Shown here in pieces: positions 60,931 to 64,000 of a stretch of 64,000 bases of DNA (position 1 is the first letter of the stretch; each line of letters begins with the position of its first letter). This DNA comes from Occultella glacieicola (lineage in GTDB: Bacteria; Actinomycetota; Actinomycetes; Actinomycetales; Beutenbergiaceae): NCBI RefSeq assembly GCF_004353825.1, contig NZ_SMNA01000005.1, positions 1 to 64,000 of the forward strand, in the 5' to 3' direction. The position numbers and the translations under genes were made by a program. Under the pieces are notes generated by a model that saw only the letters and a list, made by a program, of their open reading frames with translations, was not told the DNA's origin and searched no databases.

Positions 60931-62523
60931 TCACGCGTAGGACATGACCTGCTGGAGCAGCTCGGGACCACGGCGGTCGAAGATCCGCGCACCCCACCGG
61001 ATGCCGAGCAGCATCACCGCGACCCCCTCGACCACACCGACTCCCAGCGTCAGCCAGCCGAGCAGCGCGCTGGAGGTGAGCAGGGCCGCGATCGCGAGCG
61101 CGAGATACGGCAGCGACACCACCATGCTCGCGAGGGATCCGAGGCCCTGCGAGATCATGGTGGCCATGGCTGCCCCCTGGGGTTGCTTGAACGGGCTGTC
61201 GCCGGGTTTGGGCGTCGGGTACAGCAGCCGGGCCGATGTCACGCTGGACACCCCGAGCGAGACCCCGAGCGCCCCGAGGGACGCGCCGAGTACGACCGGG
61301 GCGAGGTCCCACCGTCCGGTCACCCCGAGGGAGATCGCCGCGAAGGCGGCCACCACGACCAGCCCGGGGATCCCGACGGCGAGTACCCGGCCCGTCCGGT
61401 CGTCGCGCCCCGAGACGCCGGTCGCCACGTGCAGCGCGAACGCGCTGCTGTCGTAGGAGATGTCCGCGGAGATCGCGTAGCCCAGGATCCACGCGGTCAG
61501 CGGCGCGAGGATCAACAGGATCTCGTTCGCGGACCCGCCGCCGACCGCGAGCAGCACCACCGGCAGCAGCGGGATCACGGCGACCGACCCGGAGTAGCGC
61601 GGGTCGCGGAACCAATAGGTCAGCGCCCGGGCCGCCACGGCCCCGGCGGGGGTGGCCGGCGTCCGGTCGAACCAGCCCAGCCCCTTCGACCGGCCCTTGC
61701 CCGCCCCCGCCGTGGGCGGGGACACCAACGACCGAGCGAGCGAGACGTCCCACAGCCACCACAGCAGACCCAGGGCGAAGCCGGCGATCAGCAACCGGGC
61801 GAGCGCGAGGAGCCATTCGCCGTCGTGCACCGATCCGGCGAGCCCCCACGGGGCACCCAACGGCGTCCACCCGGCCATCCGGGCGACCTGTTCGAGCAGC
61901 GCCGGGATCTGCTCGGCCAGGCCCGATCCGCCCTCCTCCAGGCGGGCGGCACCCCAGGCGAACGCGGGCCCGACCAGCATGATCGGCACGAACGCCGCGA
62001 TCGTGAGCACCTCGCGGTAACGGCGCGACTCCAGCAACGGGGCCAACGCCGTCGTGATCGCCCGGGACCCGACCACGCAGAGCGCGACGGCGAGCGCGCC
62101 GCCGACCAGGGCGGCCAGCAGCGTCGCTGGCTCGCGGACCCAGGCCAGCGCCATGCCGAGGGCGAGCGCGACCATGGCGAAGCCCGGCACCGAGGTCAGG
62201 CCGGCCGCGGTCAGGCCGGCGAGCAGGCTGCGCCTGGGCACCCCGTAGGTGACGAGCCGCTGTGGGTCCAGCGTGGCGTCCACGCCGAAGGCGAACAGCG
62301 GGACCACCCACCAGGCGAGCACGGTCACGGCCCCGACGATCGTGACCACGTCCGTGGTGATGTGCGGGTCCGCGCGGACCCCGACGACGGTGCCGAAGAC
62401 GGCCATGACGACCAGGCCGGCCGCGTACAGGGCCGCGAGGATGAAGCCGATCAACTGCCAGACGCTGCGCTTGAAGCTGTTCGCCATCAGCGTCAGGCGC
62501 AGCCTCACGAAGAGCGCAACCAT
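60931..62523 (-). CDS. ABC-2-type exporter permease
   Basis: Many hydrophobic segments; TLDPQRL and YWFRDPRY motifs; overlaps the ATPase gene. Confidence 0.85.
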   Translation of the reverse strand: MVALFVRLRLTLMANSFKRSVWQLIGFILAALYAAGLVVMAVFGTVVGVRADPHITTDVVTIVGAVTVLAWWVVPLFAFGVDATLDPQRLVTYGVPRRSLLAGLTAAGLTSVPGFAMVALALGMALAWVREPATLLAALVGGALAVALCVVGSRAITTALAPLLESRRYREVLTIAAFVPIMLVGPAFAWGAARLEEGGSGLAEQIPALLEQVARMAGWTPLGAPWGLAGSVHDGEWLLALARLLIAGFALGLLWWLWDVSLARSLVSPPTAGAGKGRSKGLGWFDRTPATPAGAVAARALTYWFRDPRYSGSVAVIPLLPVVLLAVGGGSANEILLILAPLTAWILGYAISADISYDSSAFALHVATGVSGRDDRTGRVLAVGIPGLVVVAAFAAISLGVTGRWDLAPVVLGASLGALGVSLGVSSVTSARLLYPTPKPGDSPFKQPQGAAMATMISQGLGSLASMVVSLPYLALAIAALLTSSALLGWLTLGVGVVEGVAVMLLGIRWGARIFDRRGPELLQQVMSYA

Positions 62524-63407
62524 GCCAACCCCTCCGCGCTCTGCCGCCCGCCGACCAGGTCGACGAACCGGTCCTCCAGACTGGCCCCGGCCCGGACCTC
62601 GTCGACCGTGCCCGCCGCGAGGATCCGCCCGGAGGCGATGATCGCGACGTGGTCGCACATGCGCTGCACCAGGTCCATCACGTGCGAGGAGACCACCACG
62701 GTGCCGCCGCTGCGCACGTAGGACGCGAGGATGTCGCGGATGTTCGCCGCGGAGACCGGGTCGACGGCCTCGAACGGCTCGTCGAGCACGAGGATCGCCG
62801 GCGCGTGGATCAGCGCGGACGCCAGGGCGACCTTCTTGGTCATGCCGGCGGAGTAGTCGACCACGAGCGTCTTCGCGTCCGCGGCCAGGTCGAGCGCGCG
62901 CAGCAGGTCCGCGGTGCGCTCGGCGACGACGTCCCGGTCCATGCCGCGCAGGAGCCCGGCGTAGGTGATCAGCTGTTCGCCGGTGAGCCGGTCGAACAGA
63001 CGCACGCCGTCGGGCAGGACCCCGAGCCGGCGCTTGCCCGCGACCGGGTCGGACCAGAAGTCGGCGCCGTGGATGCTCACGGTGCCGAAGTCGGGGCGGA
63101 GCAGGCCGGTGGCCATCGACAGCATGGTGGTCTTCCCGGCGCCGTTCGGCCCGACGATCCCGTAGAAGGAGCCGCTCGGGACGTCGAGGTCGACGCCGGC
63201 GACGGCGGTCTTGTCACCGAACCGCTTCCACAGGCCGCGGATCGAGAACGCGGCGTTCGGGTCCGGAGGCGGCGGCGGTGCGGTGGGCTGCGGAGCGCCC
63301 TGGGGCTGGCCGGCGACCGGCCGCGGTGGCCGGAGCGCATCGGGCGCGGGTGGGGCGAAGGGGTCCAGGCGGGGCGGACCCGAGGGCGGCGGTTGCTGGG
63401 CGGACAT
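62505..63407 (-). CDS. ABC exporter ATP-binding protein
   Basis: GPNGAGKTT, YSAGM and LDEP motifs. Confidence 0.93.
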   Translation of the reverse strand: MSAQQPPPSGPPRLDPFAPPAPDALRPPRPVAGQPQGAPQPTAPPPPPDPNAAFSIRGLWKRFGDKTAVAGVDLDVPSGSFYGIVGPNGAGKTTMLSMATGLLRPDFGTVSIHGADFWSDPVAGKRRLGVLPDGVRLFDRLTGEQLITYAGLLRGMDRDVVAERTADLLRALDLAADAKTLVVDYSAGMTKKVALASALIHAPAILVLDEPFEAVDPVSAANIRDILASYVRSGGTVVVSSHVMDLVQRMCDHVAIIASGRILAAGTVDEVRAGASLEDRFVDLVGGRQSAEGLAWLRSS

Positions 63408-63479
63408 GGCACCACCGTAGGCGGTGTCCGGGCCCGACGGCGGAGCGTGGGTTCGCCGTCAGCGCGTCAGTTCCGCGCA

Positions 63480-63502
63480 TTGTCGGTGACCGATGCGAGA
63501 GT
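63480..63502 (+). promoter_or_regulatory. RecA-NDp/PafBC-like DNA-damage promoter
   Basis: TTGTCGGTG-N8-GAGAGT, 7 nt before the ATG at 63510. Confidence 0.55.
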
Positions 63503-63509
63503 GGAGGAC

Positions 63510-64000
63510 ATGGACGTCATCGGGGTTCTTCTGGCCGTCGCGGCGCTGTTCGCGGGCGTCGCCGCAGGGTGGTTCGCCGGCCGCGCGGGCGGTGCCGGAC
63601 TGCGCGAGCAGCTCGCCTCCGAACGCAGGTCCGCCGAGCAGCAGGTGACCACCCTGGAGCGCGCCCACACCGAGCGGGTCGGGGCCCTCGAGCGCAACGG
63701 GGCCGAGCAGGTCGCCGCGCTCGAGCGTGCCCAGGCGGCCCGGCTGGAGGACGAGCGGGCCGGCTTCGCCGAACGCCTCGCGGCCCAGCAGGAGCACTTC
63801 ACGCAGCGGCTCGAGCAGCAGGCCGAGGCCGCGCGCGAGCGGTTGGGCGCGGAACGCGCCGACGCCCAGGGCCGCCTCGAGACGGAGCGGGCGGCCGCCC
63901 GAGAACGGCTCGAGGCCGAGCAGGCCGCCACGAAGGAGCGTCTGGACGAGATGCGCGCGGATCAGAAGCGACTCTCGGACGACTTCGAGGCCCTGTCCCG
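63510..64000 (+). CDS. rmuC: RmuC-like protein, N-terminal part (runs off the window)
   Basis: N-terminal hydrophobic segment, long coiled coil, DDFEALS at the edge; position near ychF; absent from the ORF track because no stop is in the window. Confidence 0.65.
   Translation, partial: MDVIGVLLAVAALFAGVAAGWFAGRAGGAGLREQLASERRSAEQQVTTLERAHTERVGALERNGAEQVAALERAQAARLEDERAGFAERLAAQQEHFTQRLEQQAEAARERLGAERADAQGRLETERAAARERLEAEQAATKERLDEMRADQKRLSDDFEALS

Overview
High-GC actinobacterial chromosome segment (Micrococcales-like; the taxon is an inference from gene content and order). From 1 to 44 kb it is mostly conserved housekeeping: acyl-CoA carboxylase beta/epsilon/alpha with maf, dapD, gltA, dapC-fdxA, vanW-like, mshB-like, typA, a peptide ABC transporter, monomeric icd and a zwf paralog. 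An accessory block splits accE from maf and carries a five-gene type VII secretion substrate-like operon (YbaB/EbfC-like, EspC-like, WXG protein, YbaB/EbfC-like, membrane protein) with no secretion machinery in the window. From about 44 to 59.8 kb, next to the ychF 3' end, is a variable tract of small, mostly leaderless detoxification-type genes mixed with deletion scars and chimeric remnants. These include a collapsed higBA module and a frameshift-split ASCH-nitroreductase fusion. Regulatory motifs are visible directly: a shared 17-bp palindrome before both carboxylase genes, TetR and XRE operators, and RecA-NDp/PafBC-like promoters. I recognised no rRNA, tRNA, CRISPR array, integrase or transposase. 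All family assignments come from motif recognition by eye, not database searches.
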